64,000 nt of DNA from Sphingobacteriales bacterium (GTDB taxonomy: Bacteria; Bacteroidota; Bacteroidia; Chitinophagales; JADJOU01): contig JAJTHM010000010.1 in the NCBI GenBank assembly GCA_021297855.1, forward strand, positions 30,446 through 94,445, in the 5' to 3' direction. A program made the position numbers and the translations under genes. Below the pieces are notes generated by a model, which was not told the origin of the DNA, did no database searches, and was given only the letters and a program-made list of their open reading frames with translations. Of this stretch, positions 9,991 through 20,686 are shown piece by piece; positions within the stretch are counted from its first letter, which is position 1, and each line of letters opens with the position of its first letter.

Positions 9991-12900
9991 CTATTTTTCG
10001 ATTTGTAGTTTTATTGATGTATGAACATCATCCTTGGAAATAACAAGTTGGTATAAGCCATTGGCCAAGTTTGGTATATTCATTGGAAACTCAGAATCTA
10101 AACCTGTCAATTTAAGTTCAGCATTATAGACCGTCTGTCCTAGATTATTAATCAATATTAGATTGACTTTACCTAATGTCCTGGAAACTATGCTTAAGTT
10201 AAATTGACCATTATTTGGATTTGGGCTTATGCCAGCTGACATATCTGCACTAGCACTTTGGATCGACCCTAGGTATCGACTACCTCCTTTAAACAAATAA
10301 GCGCCTGTTCCTCCTCCCGCTTCCAGAATATCTGGGAAAATGAAATACTTCAATCCATTTTCTGTTCCATCTACAAACTGACCAAATACGACAGAGTCGA
10401 AATTAAAACGGTTTCCACGAACCCCACCCAATAAAGCATTGGTAAATGGTAAGGTCTTTGATTTGAACCATCGGACATCCTTGTTCTCCAGTTCGAGCTG
10501 ATCGCCGTATAAATTTTTAGTTTCAAGCATTTTATTTTCCAAATCATCTATTTCTGATTGATTGACATAGAACTTTACTTCAATAGGGTTATTGATAACT
10601 CCTGATGTAAGTTTGAAATTCCAAAATCGTTTCAACATTATAGAGGCAGTATATTGTTTGCCTGTATTATCTACACTAACGAATGTATTAGGTCGAACGA
10701 CAACATCGGCAGACCCAGTTATACTATTGCCCTTTTTGTTTACAGCAAATAAATATTTGTTTGGTTCTTGCTTCGTAGCATAGTAGGTCCAATCGTCTGC
10801 GTCCGTGCATTGTTCTTCAAGGTTATAGGCTGATACAAGCGAAACCGCAGCATTTGTTTGTCCAGATCGATGAACCACGACGGCAGTATCTGTTAATATT
10901 GGAAGACAAGGCGAGGTGCCTGAAACGCGTAACCAATATTTTCCTGAATTGCTTCCTGTCATATTATTTATCACAAACGTATTGGTCGTAGCACCAGGTA
11001 TTTGACTACCATCCTTGAACCATTGAAAAGCAGTAGCAAAATTAGTGTTGGCTACTAGCTGAACCGTTTCACCCATGCACGCAATCCTGCCTTCAGGCTG
11101 AAGGGTTATTTGAGGCTTCGTCTTAATATCAATATTGAAGTTGTTTGATTTGACCTCTGGACATACAGCATCACTATTTACTGAGACGTAATAGCTGCCA
11201 TTATCCTTGTCAGATAAGAATTGAATCCATAGTTGAGAATCTATTTTCCCTTGAATTGGCACCCCATTTTTGTACCATTGATAAATCTTTCCGTTGGTAG
11301 AACTAAATCCAAACTTAAACTCACCATCTTGGCATGCTATTAGCGCAGGTCTGGTTCCACTTACTGTTGGTCTATTAATCACCTTTACATCGATCGTATC
11401 CGATTTGATATCTTGACATTTGTTTAACGCTTTCACGTTAAAATAATATTTGCCCGCACTCGCTAATCCAACAATAGGAATAACCACAGAGTCTTGTGAA
11501 ACTAATAATGTATTTCCCCTATACCACTGTATTTCTTGTTTGTTTAAGGCACTGGCCTCGATTTTCAACTTCTGTCCTTCGCAGAACTTCATTTCCTTTG
11601 GATAAAATCCTTGGATTATAGGACTTGGATTCACCGCCAACTTGGCTATATTTGAAATAGCTTCAGGACACCCAGGGTAGCTTGAAGCAATGAGTCGATA
11701 ACTACCTGAATCTGCTATTTTTGAAGAGAAGAGGGTTAAAGAATCCTTGATAAAACCATTCATAATTCCATTATCCTTATACCATTGATAGTTTAAGGCA
11801 TTGATTGGTTTTGATTTTATTACATACCTTTGTCCCTCACATATAACGGTATCTATTGGTTGGGTCACGAAAATTGGCGTGTCATGCACAGTCACCTTTA
11901 CCATGAGAGATTTAACATCTCTACAATAATTACTGTCCGTAGCTACAACATGATAAATCCCCGATTCCGAGAAACTAGCATTTGTAATGTTATACTCAGG
12001 GCTTATGGTATCTGACCCTGATTTATAAATAGTAGTATCCTTATACCATTTGAAGAATTTTGCATTCTTTGTGGTCACGCTCAGCTTTATATTTCTATTC
12101 AGACAAATATCAACTGGCGATAAATCCTTAACAAATTCAGGCTCCTTATGGAAGGATACTCTCACCTCCCTTGAGAAAGTATCTCGTGTACAGAATTTTG
12201 AGCTATAAATTTTTACCTGATACAATCCCGTATCGGTTGGTTTAGAAATTGGAACTCTATAAAACGAATCATTAGTTGTATCTGATGGAGGACTCACCGA
12301 AAAGTTTTGAATTACATTGCCATCCTTCAACCACACAAATCGATTGCCAAATGAATCCGATTTTACCTTAATATTTAACGTATCATCCTTACACAATAGA
12401 GTGTATTTTAAATCTTCAAAAAGTTTTGGTACTATAGGAGGCTTTACTTTGGCAGTAGTGGTATCTTTCTGACCTATACAGACTCCTTTTAACACCCTAA
12501 TATTATAAAAATAGAAATAGGCCGTAGCCGCTGGATTTCCAATCTGATAGGCCTTTTGAATTATCAATGGACGATTCGCAGGGGTATTAAATGGATAGGT
12601 GTAGCCCGCGGTATTATAGGTAAGCCCAGTTAGATTGGTAAATCCTAGTAAAATGAGCTTATAGCCAGTATCTGGTGTCGGCAGTGCAAAATTAAGGGGT
12701 ATTCTAGTCGGTCTCGTTAAAACGGTAGGTACAGGACTTAAAGCATAATTATTTAGCTGAGCTATCAAGGTCCCATATTTATCCAATAGGCCAATACTCA
12801 CTGTAGCTCCTGCGATACCTGTTAAATACATTTGGCAATCCCTTATGATAACAGGCTCGACAGCATCAAATTGCAAGCCGGCTGTAGGCATGACTCCTGT

Positions 12901-15900
12901 GGTAACCGTAGTTCCTGTTGTGTTCATTTTTCCTACTGAGTCAGAACTAGATCTTAAGGCTGCTACATAGAAGTCCTTGGTGGAGTTCAATGTAGGCGTG
13001 GTATACGTCTTTCCCATAAAGTCAAATTCAAATGGATTCGCAGTAGCTGACTGAAACCAATAAGCAGAGTCTGTGGCTGCAGTGGAAACGGTAATATTGG
13101 CTGTACCCCTATTGCAGATTATTGTTGTGTCTGGTACAAAAGTTAGCCTAGGATTATTAGGTCTAATGAAACCTATTCTCGAATATTGTGAGCCATTTTT
13201 ATCTGTGGCAGTCACTGTCAGAAATAATGTATCATTTAAAAGTGTTACTATTTGTGATGGCTCGTTCAGCGATGAATTGTTGCTCCAGCTGTAGCTATAT
13301 GGAGGACAGCCACCTGTGACATTTGCTCTAATAAGTACAGGAGTATTGTAGCATGCCGATGCAGGAGAAGTAAGGATTACATTCATACCAGCTACAGATG
13401 CTGTTATACTTAAAGGATTTGAAGCCGCAGTACATCCAGAAGAGTCCGTCATTTCTAAATAAACTGCAGATGGTAAGGCCGTTATGGTATAACTTTGTGG
13501 ATTATTGCCGCCTAGAGTGGTAACACCAGTTTTCCACACAGCTGATAATGGTCGTATGTATATCGAGTAGTCTTCTACCTCCCCACGGAAAACGTTAAAA
13601 AATGAATTGGTTATTGGTGCGTGACTGCATATAAATCGTATGCACGTTTTCCCTGGTCTCGCATTGGGTGGGATGTAGAGACTGAAATTTTCCGTTCGAG
13701 TTCCATTCGTTCTAGCTTGAGTTGTATTAAATACCATTTCGTTGGCGCTAGTAAAACTTCCATCCCCATCAAAATCTACAAAAGCTGCGAAATAGAGCTT
13801 AACGTTGGCGGTAGTAGATCCCGTAACTGATACTGAATAACTTCTCCCCAAACCTACCGTATCTGCCACAAAATTTCTAAAATTAGAATAAGCACCCCGC
13901 ACACCTGTAGCAGTTCCTATGGTTCCGACTAAGGAGTTGGTAGCTGGAGTTGTATTATCAATAGTGGTCAACTTAACATTGCTTATATTGGTCTGCATCA
14001 CTGTATCCAAGACATTTGGTGGGAAAATAAAACCCGTGGGATCAGGTGAAAACCGATAGTTTAACTGTACAGTACTTGTCACACAAGCCTGCGGTGGATC
14101 AGATAATAAAGTAGGCATCAAAGCTCTGCTGGCAGTATTGTCATTGTAGTAAAAATAATTGGAAAATACAGTATCCCTCACAGAGGTTAACGCCATCACA
14201 CGATAGCGAACGATTGCGTTCAAAGGGGTCACAGCAGGTATCAATCTAGTAAACCCTAAAGCGGAGACTGAATTCATTCTTAAATAATTTAAGGCGCCTC
14301 CATTGATTGAGTATTCAACTAATATACTATCTAGCGCATTACCTAAAGTAGTAAAAATGGCCTGCACTGTTCGTGCTGTAGCAGTAGCACAGCTCTGCGT
14401 TGTCGGGGTGTGACTTACGCTCAAGATAACGGGCGCTTGATAAGCAGTTCCTGCAAATTCGTCCGCACCTATGTCCGTAGGATTAGGGCGAACATCTAAA
14501 TCTACATCAAAAGCATAGCCTGTTGGCACAGCATTGCTCTCTAAAAGAGTGACCACTCCCGTTTGGATGTGGAGGTCATTTGCAGATATAAATGGTGGAT
14601 TTTCAAGAAAACTATTTTGATCCCTGCCAGTTACTGATTGCCAGTTCGCTAAAGTCGCAGGAGTTATGTTGGCCATTGAACCATTTGGATAGAAATAACA
14701 ATTCTTATTTAACGTCGTGGTCGCAAATGGCGATAGATTGGCCATAGTCCCGATACAATAGGCATTGGTTGATGCATTTCTATTGACGAGAATATTATTA
14801 TTTAATTCCAAAACATTCGTAGTACCCATAAGCGCAAGACAGCTACTCACGGTATTCGCTCCTGTTCCGATATAATTTGGAGTATTGAAAGCTATGGTAT
14901 TATGATTAAGTCGAACTGACCCGATATTATTAGCATAAATACCATAGTTGGCCTCTAAAAATAGACTAGTTTGCTTTCTAGCACCTACTACATCTTTGAT
15001 AATATTATTATTTATATCTATGTTTGTATTGTCCGTTCCGCTCATAAATATCCCGACAATCAATCCTCCAGCAACGGTTAAGCTATTGTTATTCATGATG
15101 TCTGACAACCGGTTGTAGCGGATTATGGTTGATGCATTTCCTAGTCTTAGATTTATGCCTAGAGTTACATCATTAAACCCTGAGGTGGTGTTGGTCCCTA
15201 CGCGAATTTGGTTGCGTTCGATAATCAATGGAGCTGCTGCGCTGGAAGAGCCCTGACAATCTATACCCATACTTCCTACAAAATCATTGGCATTGCCTGC
15301 TATACCGATTTCATTGCCCCGTATGATAATATTTGAGAATAAATTAGCCGCAGCGCCATTTGAGTATGAACCAATACCATTGTAACAGCGTATAATAGAG
15401 TTATTCTCAATCGTAATATCTCTATTTCTCGCGCCAAAAGTCAGTTGATTGGTTGTACTATTGGAACCTATAATGATGCCGTAATTGACCGAAGTACTAG
15501 TAGTACTTGGCCTCGGGCCCTCAATCTTACAATTCTTAATAATAATTCCTGCTGCAGAATCCGTCGGATTAGCCACAGAACCAATTCTAATAACCGAAGT
15601 ATTATTAAACGAAGCTGTACCGCCATAGAAGCCAATTGTTAAGCTTCTATCTACACCAGTCACCACTGGATCATCTCCGTCAATCGTTACATTTCGTGCA
15701 CCGAATAATTCTATGATGGCTCTATTCGCATTCAAATTGGTTAGGCCTATGGTTCTAACTCCTGATGGTATAATCTTTACGCTCGTATAACCAGAAGTTC
15801 CTGGTTTGAGTAGAGATATTGGCGCACCAGGCTCTGTAGTGTTTGCCGTAATGGTCAATACTACATCTCCGCCGTGAACACCTTTATTGATCGAATCAAA

Positions 15901-16053
15901 AGCCTGACTCACTGTGGTGTAGGTGGCTGTAGCTACCCCTGCTGTAGCCGTTAATGATACTTGGGAATACAAGGAAAAGAAATTGAAAATCATCAGCCAT
16001 AGTAGGAGCTGATATTTAAAAGTTAATAGTCTGTCTGAGTAGTATTTTCTCAT
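9991..16053 (-). CDS. 2020-aa T9SS cargo (type A CTD): beta-helix region, GEVED domain, Ig-like tandem repeats
   Basis: Signal peptide ending LYSQ; beta-helix ending DIGADEF; GEVED motif (FVDFDGDGSF...GEVEDY); repeated 'P..T.QP....CEG....YQWYK(D/N)G' Ig domains; CTD ISPNPNNGQF...NGLYQLVI...KLQIEK. Confidence 0.9.
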   Translation of the reverse strand: MRKYYSDRLLTFKYQLLLWLMIFNFFSLYSQVSLTATAGVATATYTTVSQAFDSINKGVHGGDVVLTITANTTEPGAPISLLKPGTSGYTSVKIIPSGVRTIGLTNLNANRAIIELFGARNVTIDGDDPVVTGVDRSLTIGFYGGTASFNNTSVIRIGSVANPTDSAAGIIIKNCKIEGPRPSTTSTSVNYGIIIGSNSTTNQLTFGARNRDITIENNSIIRCYNGIGSYSNGAAANLFSNIIIRGNEIGIAGNANDFVGSMGIDCQGSSSAAAPLIIERNQIRVGTNTTSGFNDVTLGINLRLGNASTIIRYNRLSDIMNNNSLTVAGGLIVGIFMSGTDNTNIDINNNIIKDVVGARKQTSLFLEANYGIYANNIGSVRLNHNTIAFNTPNYIGTGANTVSSCLALMGTTNVLELNNNILVNRNASTNAYCIGTMANLSPFATTTLNKNCYFYPNGSMANITPATLANWQSVTGRDQNSFLENPPFISANDLHIQTGVVTLLESNAVPTGYAFDVDLDVRPNPTDIGADEFAGTAYQAPVILSVSHTPTTQSCATATARTVQAIFTTLGNALDSILVEYSINGGALNYLRMNSVSALGFTRLIPAVTPLNAIVRYRVMALTSVRDTVFSNYFYYNDNTASRALMPTLLSDPPQACVTSTVQLNYRFSPDPTGFIFPPNVLDTVMQTNISNVKLTTIDNTTPATNSLVGTIGTATGVRGAYSNFRNFVADTVGLGRSYSVSVTGSTTANVKLYFAAFVDFDGDGSFTSANEMVFNTTQARTNGTRTENFSLYIPPNARPGKTCIRFICSHAPITNSFFNVFRGEVEDYSIYIRPLSAVWKTGVTTLGGNNPQSYTITALPSAVYLEMTDSSGCTAASNPLSITASVAGMNVILTSPASACYNTPVLIRANVTGGCPPYSYSWSNNSSLNEPSQIVTLLNDTLFLTVTATDKNGSQYSRIGFIRPNNPRLTFVPDTTIICNRGTANITVSTAATDSAYWFQSATANPFEFDFMGKTYTTPTLNSTKDFYVAALRSSSDSVGKMNTTGTTVTTGVMPTAGLQFDAVEPVIIRDCQMYLTGIAGATVSIGLLDKYGTLIAQLNNYALSPVPTVLTRPTRIPLNFALPTPDTGYKLILLGFTNLTGLTYNTAGYTYPFNTPANRPLIIQKAYQIGNPAATAYFYFYNIRVLKGVCIGQKDTTTAKVKPPIVPKLFEDLKYTLLCKDDTLNIKVKSDSFGNRFVWLKDGNVIQNFSVSPPSDTTNDSFYRVPISKPTDTGLYQVKIYSSKFCTRDTFSREVRVSFHKEPEFVKDLSPVDICLNRNIKLSVTTKNAKFFKWYKDTTIYKSGSDTISPEYNITNASFSESGIYHVVATDSNYCRDVKSLMVKVTVHDTPIFVTQPIDTVICEGQRYVIKSKPINALNYQWYKDNGIMNGFIKDSLTLFSSKIADSGSYRLIASSYPGCPEAISNIAKLAVNPSPIIQGFYPKEMKFCEGQKLKIEASALNKQEIQWYRGNTLLVSQDSVVIPIVGLASAGKYYFNVKALNKCQDIKSDTIDVKVINRPTVSGTRPALIACQDGEFKFGFSSTNGKIYQWYKNGVPIQGKIDSQLWIQFLSDKDNGSYYVSVNSDAVCPEVKSNNFNIDIKTKPQITLQPEGRIACMGETVQLVANTNFATAFQWFKDGSQIPGATTNTFVINNMTGSNSGKYWLRVSGTSPCLPILTDTAVVVHRSGQTNAAVSLVSAYNLEEQCTDADDWTYYATKQEPNKYLFAVNKKGNSITGSADVVVRPNTFVSVDNTGKQYTASIMLKRFWNFKLTSGVINNPIEVKFYVNQSEIDDLENKMLETKNLYGDQLELENKDVRWFKSKTLPFTNALLGGVRGNRFNFDSVVFGQFVDGTENGLKYFIFPDILEAGGGTGAYLFKGGSRYLGSIQSASADMSAGISPNPNNGQFNLSIVSRTLGKVNLILINNLGQTVYNAELKLTGLDSEFPMNIPNLANGLYQLVISKDDVHTSIKLQIEK

Positions 16054-16082
16054 AACATAGAAAATTTTAAGGTTTGAACTGA

Positions 16083-16090
16083 CAAAGATA
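16083..16090 (-). promoter_or_regulatory. -7 box TATCTTTG for the large cargo gene
   Basis: Reverse complement of caaagata, 29 nt upstream of ATG 16053. Confidence 0.55.
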
Positions 16091-16228
16091 GTAAACTATT
16101 TTGATTTTACCAATAAATATAACGGCTGCGCCATATTTTTTTCCTCATCTGGACTTTATTTCATATAAATTTCTTTATTTGTAAAAAAAATTGTACCTTC
16201 GTACGTACCAAAAGACAATTATTAAAAC

Positions 16229-17218
16229 TTGAAAACAAATAGTGGGATTGGCATTCTTATTTTTTTATCTCTTGGATTAAGGGGTCAAGATATCCATTTT
16301 TCGCAGTTTTGGGAACCTTCTGCTTTTGCCAACCCTACCCATATCGGCAATTTTGATGGCAATTTGAAATTGAGCGGGCAGTATCGCAATCAATGGTCTC
16401 AATTTAACACTCCTCTGACTACTATGTATGCAGATGCGACGTTTAAACTTGATAAAGAAGACCATTACTGGGCATTTTCGCTTTCCTTTCTTCGAGATCA
16501 GTTAAGTTATCTCATGTACCATCAAATTCGTCTGGCAGGAAGCATCTCCTATCAAAAAAGGTTCTCTCGAACTATATTGGGAGGCATTGGGTTCCAAGGC
16601 GGTACGCGAATGACTTCAATCGACTATAGCAAGCTAACCTATGACAGGCAGTGGGATCCCAGCACAGGACAGTTTCAGCATAGTATCCCTCATTTAGAAA
16701 ATTTCAATAATGAAAACATTTATACCCCATTCCTAGGAATAGGAACCAGCATCAATATCCAAAAGACAAAACTCCTTCATACACTAGATCTAGCAGCTTT
16801 ATATGTGGCCCAAAATCAAGGCTCTGATTTTGTATTTTACCAACCATTTAAACTCACATTCAACTATCATCTTTATTACCAGCTGAAAAAGAACATAACC
16901 TTAATGCCAAAGATTGGCATTATCAATACTGCTAGCACGAATAATATCAACACTGGGGCTTTGGTAAAATTTACAATGAATGAAAAAACAGACCTATACG
17001 GAGGCTTATTATACCGCTGGGGAATAGACAGAAATGCTGATGCCATAATACCCGTTGTTGGATTAAGGCTGCATAGAATGAGAATTGGAGTCAGCTATGA
17101 TCAAGTGACCTCTGGATTGGGTCAAGAAGGAATAAAAAATGTATATGAACTATCTCTTTCTTATATTTTTAAAGCTCCTAAGCATCAATATTATTCTATA
17201 GATTGTCTCCGGTTATGA
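16229..17218 (+). CDS. porP: PorP/SprF family T9SS outer-membrane protein
   Basis: QDIHFSQF...ANP, GQYRNQW and GVSYD...YELSLSY motifs; TTG start. Confidence 0.9.
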   Translation: MKTNSGIGILIFLSLGLRGQDIHFSQFWEPSAFANPTHIGNFDGNLKLSGQYRNQWSQFNTPLTTMYADATFKLDKEDHYWAFSLSFLRDQLSYLMYHQIRLAGSISYQKRFSRTILGGIGFQGGTRMTSIDYSKLTYDRQWDPSTGQFQHSIPHLENFNNENIYTPFLGIGTSINIQKTKLLHTLDLAALYVAQNQGSDFVFYQPFKLTFNYHLYYQLKKNITLMPKIGIINTASTNNINTGALVKFTMNEKTDLYGGLLYRWGIDRNADAIIPVVGLRLHRMRIGVSYDQVTSGLGQEGIKNVYELSLSYIFKAPKHQYYSIDCLRL

Positions 17219-19230
17219 TGCGCTGGCTATGTTCTACTTTCTTTTTACTGTTTGTTTTTTCTGCTCATAGTCAGGAGAAGGTGGATGTAAAAATCCCTTC
17301 TTCTAAATCCAAAATTTTTAAACAAGCACTTAAAGCTATTGAACTTAAGGATTATTTCCTAGCAAAACGATATTTCGATGCGCTCGTTGAAAAAGGCATA
17401 GAAAGCGACCTACAAAAATTTGAATATGCTAAATTACTTCACATTCTTGGAGAGAATAAGTTGGCTCTCCAACTAATCAATGAGTTAATAAAGAATAAAT
17501 ATGATCATCCATTGGTCTTTTACTATGCTGCCATTTTATACAATAGCGAACGGGAGCCAAAGAAAGCAAGAGACTACGCCTTGTTCTTTCTTAAAAAAAA
17601 GGGGATGTTGGCAGAATATAAAGCAGAGCATACCCACATGGCTAACTTAAAAATGTATCTCGATTCTTTTGGCGGCAAATCGGCCGATACCATTTCTTCC
17701 CGAATCTATGCATTGGAAGGACCAGTAAATGCCTCAGGCGCTGAATTCAATCCTATCATAACCAATGAGGGGATTCTCTTTGGTTCACAAGATATGAAAG
17801 CTGTAAATTATTACAAATCCACCAAGCTGGATAAGTCAAAGATAATGGCTACAAGAGCCATTTATTCGGCTAAAGGGCAAAAAGAGGTCTTTACGGAATT
17901 GCAAAATTTTCCCCTAGAAACTCCCGAAATGGAAATCAGCAGCTTTGCCTTTAGCCTAGATAAAAGAGTCCTCTACATAAGTGGGTGCAAGTACAGCGAA
18001 GAATTGAAGAAATATAAATGCGATATTTATCAATCCAAATTCAAAGATAAGGTCTGGACAAAACCCGAACTCATCCCTGAGTTGACTACCCCTGAATCCT
18101 CCAATACCCATGTTTCCATTGGTTTTGACGCAGTAAGAAATTCTCCTTTCCTATTTTTCGCTAGTGATAGAGCCGGCGGACGAGGCGGTTATGATTTAAA
18201 TATGAGTTTTTACAATACTCGTACTTTGACCTTTAGTACCCCTAGAAATCTAGGCGGCAAAATCAATACTCCAAAAGATGACATAACCCCATATTATCAT
18301 ACGCCAACGAATACGCTCTACTTTAGTTCGAATGGGAGAGGCGGCAAAGGTGGTCACGATGTATATTATAGTATTTTGAAAAGTAGTTTTTTTGAAAATG
18401 TATCCTCCTTGGGAGAAGAGATAAACTCTCCCCAAGACGATGTTTTTTTTACCCCCAATAAATCCGTAACAGAAGGCTATCTTGTCTCGAATAGATATAG
18501 CGAAAATTCACTCATCAACCCACATTGTTGTGACGATATTTTCTTTTTTGAGATGACAAGCGTCCTAAGAAATAAAAAATTTGGGAAAATAAAAGTGCAA
18601 GCGGTTAATAAAAAAACCAAAGAAGTGATCCCTGATTTTTCCTACCAGCTATTTAAAATTGATTCCAATGATTTATCCTTTATTGAAAATGGTGTTGGAC
18701 AGGATACTGCATTGATAAAAGATTTGATGATTAAAGCGATCTATGAAATAGAAGTTCATTCACCCAAATTTTATAGAAAAAAAGCCCTGATTGAGGTAAA
18801 AAATGATTCGCTTTATATCATAGAGTTTGAGCTTGATCCAATCGATTTCAACCCCATTCTATTGCCCTTGGTCGAATTTGAATTTGATAGCTTTACCTTG
18901 ACATCAGAGGCAAGGCACATTATAGACTCCTTAGTCGTTCCAGTATTAAGATCTAATCCCACATTGAAAATAGAACTCAGTGCACATACCGATAGCCGCG
19001 GCACGGATGAATATAACGAAACCCTTAGCCAACGAAGAGCAGAGGCCATTCGATTTTACATGATAGACAGTAAGAAAATATATCCCGAAAGGCTGACGAG
19101 CAAAGGATATGGAGAATATGTTCCATTGGCTCCAAATGAAAACCCAGATGGTACTGATAATGCCGAAGGGAGACAGCGAAACAGGCGCTGCGAGTTTAGA
19201 ATTTTGCTGGAAGAGTATGACCCTTACTAG
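17215..19230 (+). CDS. OmpA-family protein with TPR and PD40/beta-propeller regions (PorE-like)
   Basis: PD40-like FFASDRAGGRGGYDL and YFSSNGRGGKGGHDVY; OmpA domain IELSAHTDSRG...NETLSQRRA...NRRCEF. ATG 17215 overlaps the porP stop (ATGA). Confidence 0.88.
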   Translation: MMRWLCSTFFLLFVFSAHSQEKVDVKIPSSKSKIFKQALKAIELKDYFLAKRYFDALVEKGIESDLQKFEYAKLLHILGENKLALQLINELIKNKYDHPLVFYYAAILYNSEREPKKARDYALFFLKKKGMLAEYKAEHTHMANLKMYLDSFGGKSADTISSRIYALEGPVNASGAEFNPIITNEGILFGSQDMKAVNYYKSTKLDKSKIMATRAIYSAKGQKEVFTELQNFPLETPEMEISSFAFSLDKRVLYISGCKYSEELKKYKCDIYQSKFKDKVWTKPELIPELTTPESSNTHVSIGFDAVRNSPFLFFASDRAGGRGGYDLNMSFYNTRTLTFSTPRNLGGKINTPKDDITPYYHTPTNTLYFSSNGRGGKGGHDVYYSILKSSFFENVSSLGEEINSPQDDVFFTPNKSVTEGYLVSNRYSENSLINPHCCDDIFFFEMTSVLRNKKFGKIKVQAVNKKTKEVIPDFSYQLFKIDSNDLSFIENGVGQDTALIKDLMIKAIYEIEVHSPKFYRKKALIEVKNDSLYIIEFELDPIDFNPILLPLVEFEFDSFTLTSEARHIIDSLVVPVLRSNPTLKIELSAHTDSRGTDEYNETLSQRRAEAIRFYMIDSKKIYPERLTSKGYGEYVPLAPNENPDGTDNAEGRQRNRRCEFRILLEEYDPY

Positions 19231-19327
19231 TTTCTAGTGTTTAGTTATTAGTTATTAGCTATTTTTGCTGCAAGTTAATCTTGTGTCCAATCTCATTATT
19301 AATTATTAATTTTTAATTATTCATTGT
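19224..19327. repeat. Two arrays of five degenerate heptamers flanking a promoter box
   Basis: TTACTAG TTTCTAG TGTTTAG TTATTAG TTATTAG (19224-19258) and TCATTAT TAATTAT TAATTTT TAATTAT TCATTGT (19293-19327). Confidence 0.6.
19260..19267 (+). promoter_or_regulatory. -7 box TATTTTTG
   Basis: Matches TAnnTTTG upstream of the E2 gene. Confidence 0.5.
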
Positions 19328-19332
19328 TTTAA

Positions 19333-20670
19333 ATGGCTTTAGTAGAAGTATCACTCCCAGCGATGGGAGAAGGAATCATAGAGGCAACCCTCATTTCATG
19401 GATGAAGAACGAAGGAGACGCGGTAGCTATAGACGAGAATCTAATAGAAGTAGCTACAGATAAGGTAAACAGCGAGGTGCCATCGACTGCAGCTGGAGTT
19501 TTACATCAAAAGCTATTTGGTGATAATGATGTGGTACCTGTTGGGAAAGCTTTTGCGATCATTTCAACAGGAGGCGATACCGCTCCAATTATCGTGAAAA
19601 AAGAAGAAAAACCGATTGAGCCAGAGATTAAAAAAATAGTAGAAGAAGAAGTCGTCAAAATTGAAAAAAGTATATCGACACCCGAAGTTCAAATAACGAA
19701 CCATGGAGATAGATTCTATTCTCCTCTCGTTATGAATATAGCCAGAGAAGAGGGAATAAACCAGACAGAATTGGATCAGATACTCGGCACGGGTCAAGGT
19801 GGAAGAGTCACGAAAGAGGATATATTAATTTATTTACAAAATAGACGAAATCCAAATGCTATACAAATTACTAACACAGTTCAGTCTAATCCTGTTATCA
19901 AACAGGTTGAGATAAAGAATGAAACTGTAGAACAATCTGATGCCAGGATAGATTTTGGACCCAACGTAGAAGTGCAAAAAATGGATAGGATGCGCAAGCT
20001 AATTGGTGAGCATATGATGAAGTCTATTCAGACATCCGCTCATGTTTGTAGCTTCTTGGAGGCCGATATGACCAATGTTGTTCTTTGGAGAAATAAATCA
20101 AAGGATAAGTTCAAGGAAAAATATGGAGAAAATCTAACCTTTACTCCAATATTAATTGAAGCTATAGCCAAGGCCTTGATTGAGTTTCCTATGATAAACT
20201 CCTCCGTGGATGGAGGCAAAGTCTTATTGAAAAAAGAAATCAATATAGGCATGGCTGCAGCACTTCCCGATGGGAATTTAATAGTCCCCGTCATCAAAAA
20301 TGCAGATATGCTCAATTTATTGGGCTTAGCTAAAAAAGTAAATGACCTAGGACAACGCGCAAAGAAAAATCAGTTAAAGCCTGACGAAATTCAAGGAGGC
20401 ACCTATACCATGACCAATTTAGGTTCTTTTGGAAATCTTTTTGGAACTCCCATCATTAATCAACCCCAAGTAGCTATATTAGGAGTAGGAGCCATAGTGA
20501 AAAAACCCGTGGTTGTAGAGTCTCCTGAGGGCGATACCATAGGCATTCGTTCCATGATGTATCTTTCTCATAGTTACGACCATAGAATCGTAGATGGTAT
20601 GCTAGGTGGTACTTTTGTGAAAAGAGTAGCTGAGATTTTGGAGGCTTTTGACGTGAATAGAGAGGTATAA
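19333..20670 (+). CDS. 2-oxoacid dehydrogenase E2 (dihydrolipoamide acyltransferase)
   Basis: Lipoyl motif ATDKVNSEVPS, E3-binding GTGQGGRVTKED, catalytic SYDHRIVDG. Substrate specificity not assigned. Confidence 0.93.
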   Translation: MALVEVSLPAMGEGIIEATLISWMKNEGDAVAIDENLIEVATDKVNSEVPSTAAGVLHQKLFGDNDVVPVGKAFAIISTGGDTAPIIVKKEEKPIEPEIKKIVEEEVVKIEKSISTPEVQITNHGDRFYSPLVMNIAREEGINQTELDQILGTGQGGRVTKEDILIYLQNRRNPNAIQITNTVQSNPVIKQVEIKNETVEQSDARIDFGPNVEVQKMDRMRKLIGEHMMKSIQTSAHVCSFLEADMTNVVLWRNKSKDKFKEKYGENLTFTPILIEAIAKALIEFPMINSSVDGGKVLLKKEINIGMAAALPDGNLIVPVIKNADMLNLLGLAKKVNDLGQRAKKNQLKPDEIQGGTYTMTNLGSFGNLFGTPIINQPQVAILGVGAIVKKPVVVESPEGDTIGIRSMMYLSHSYDHRIVDGMLGGTFVKRVAEILEAFDVNREV

Positions 20671-20686
20671 AATTTTAGATAAAGAT

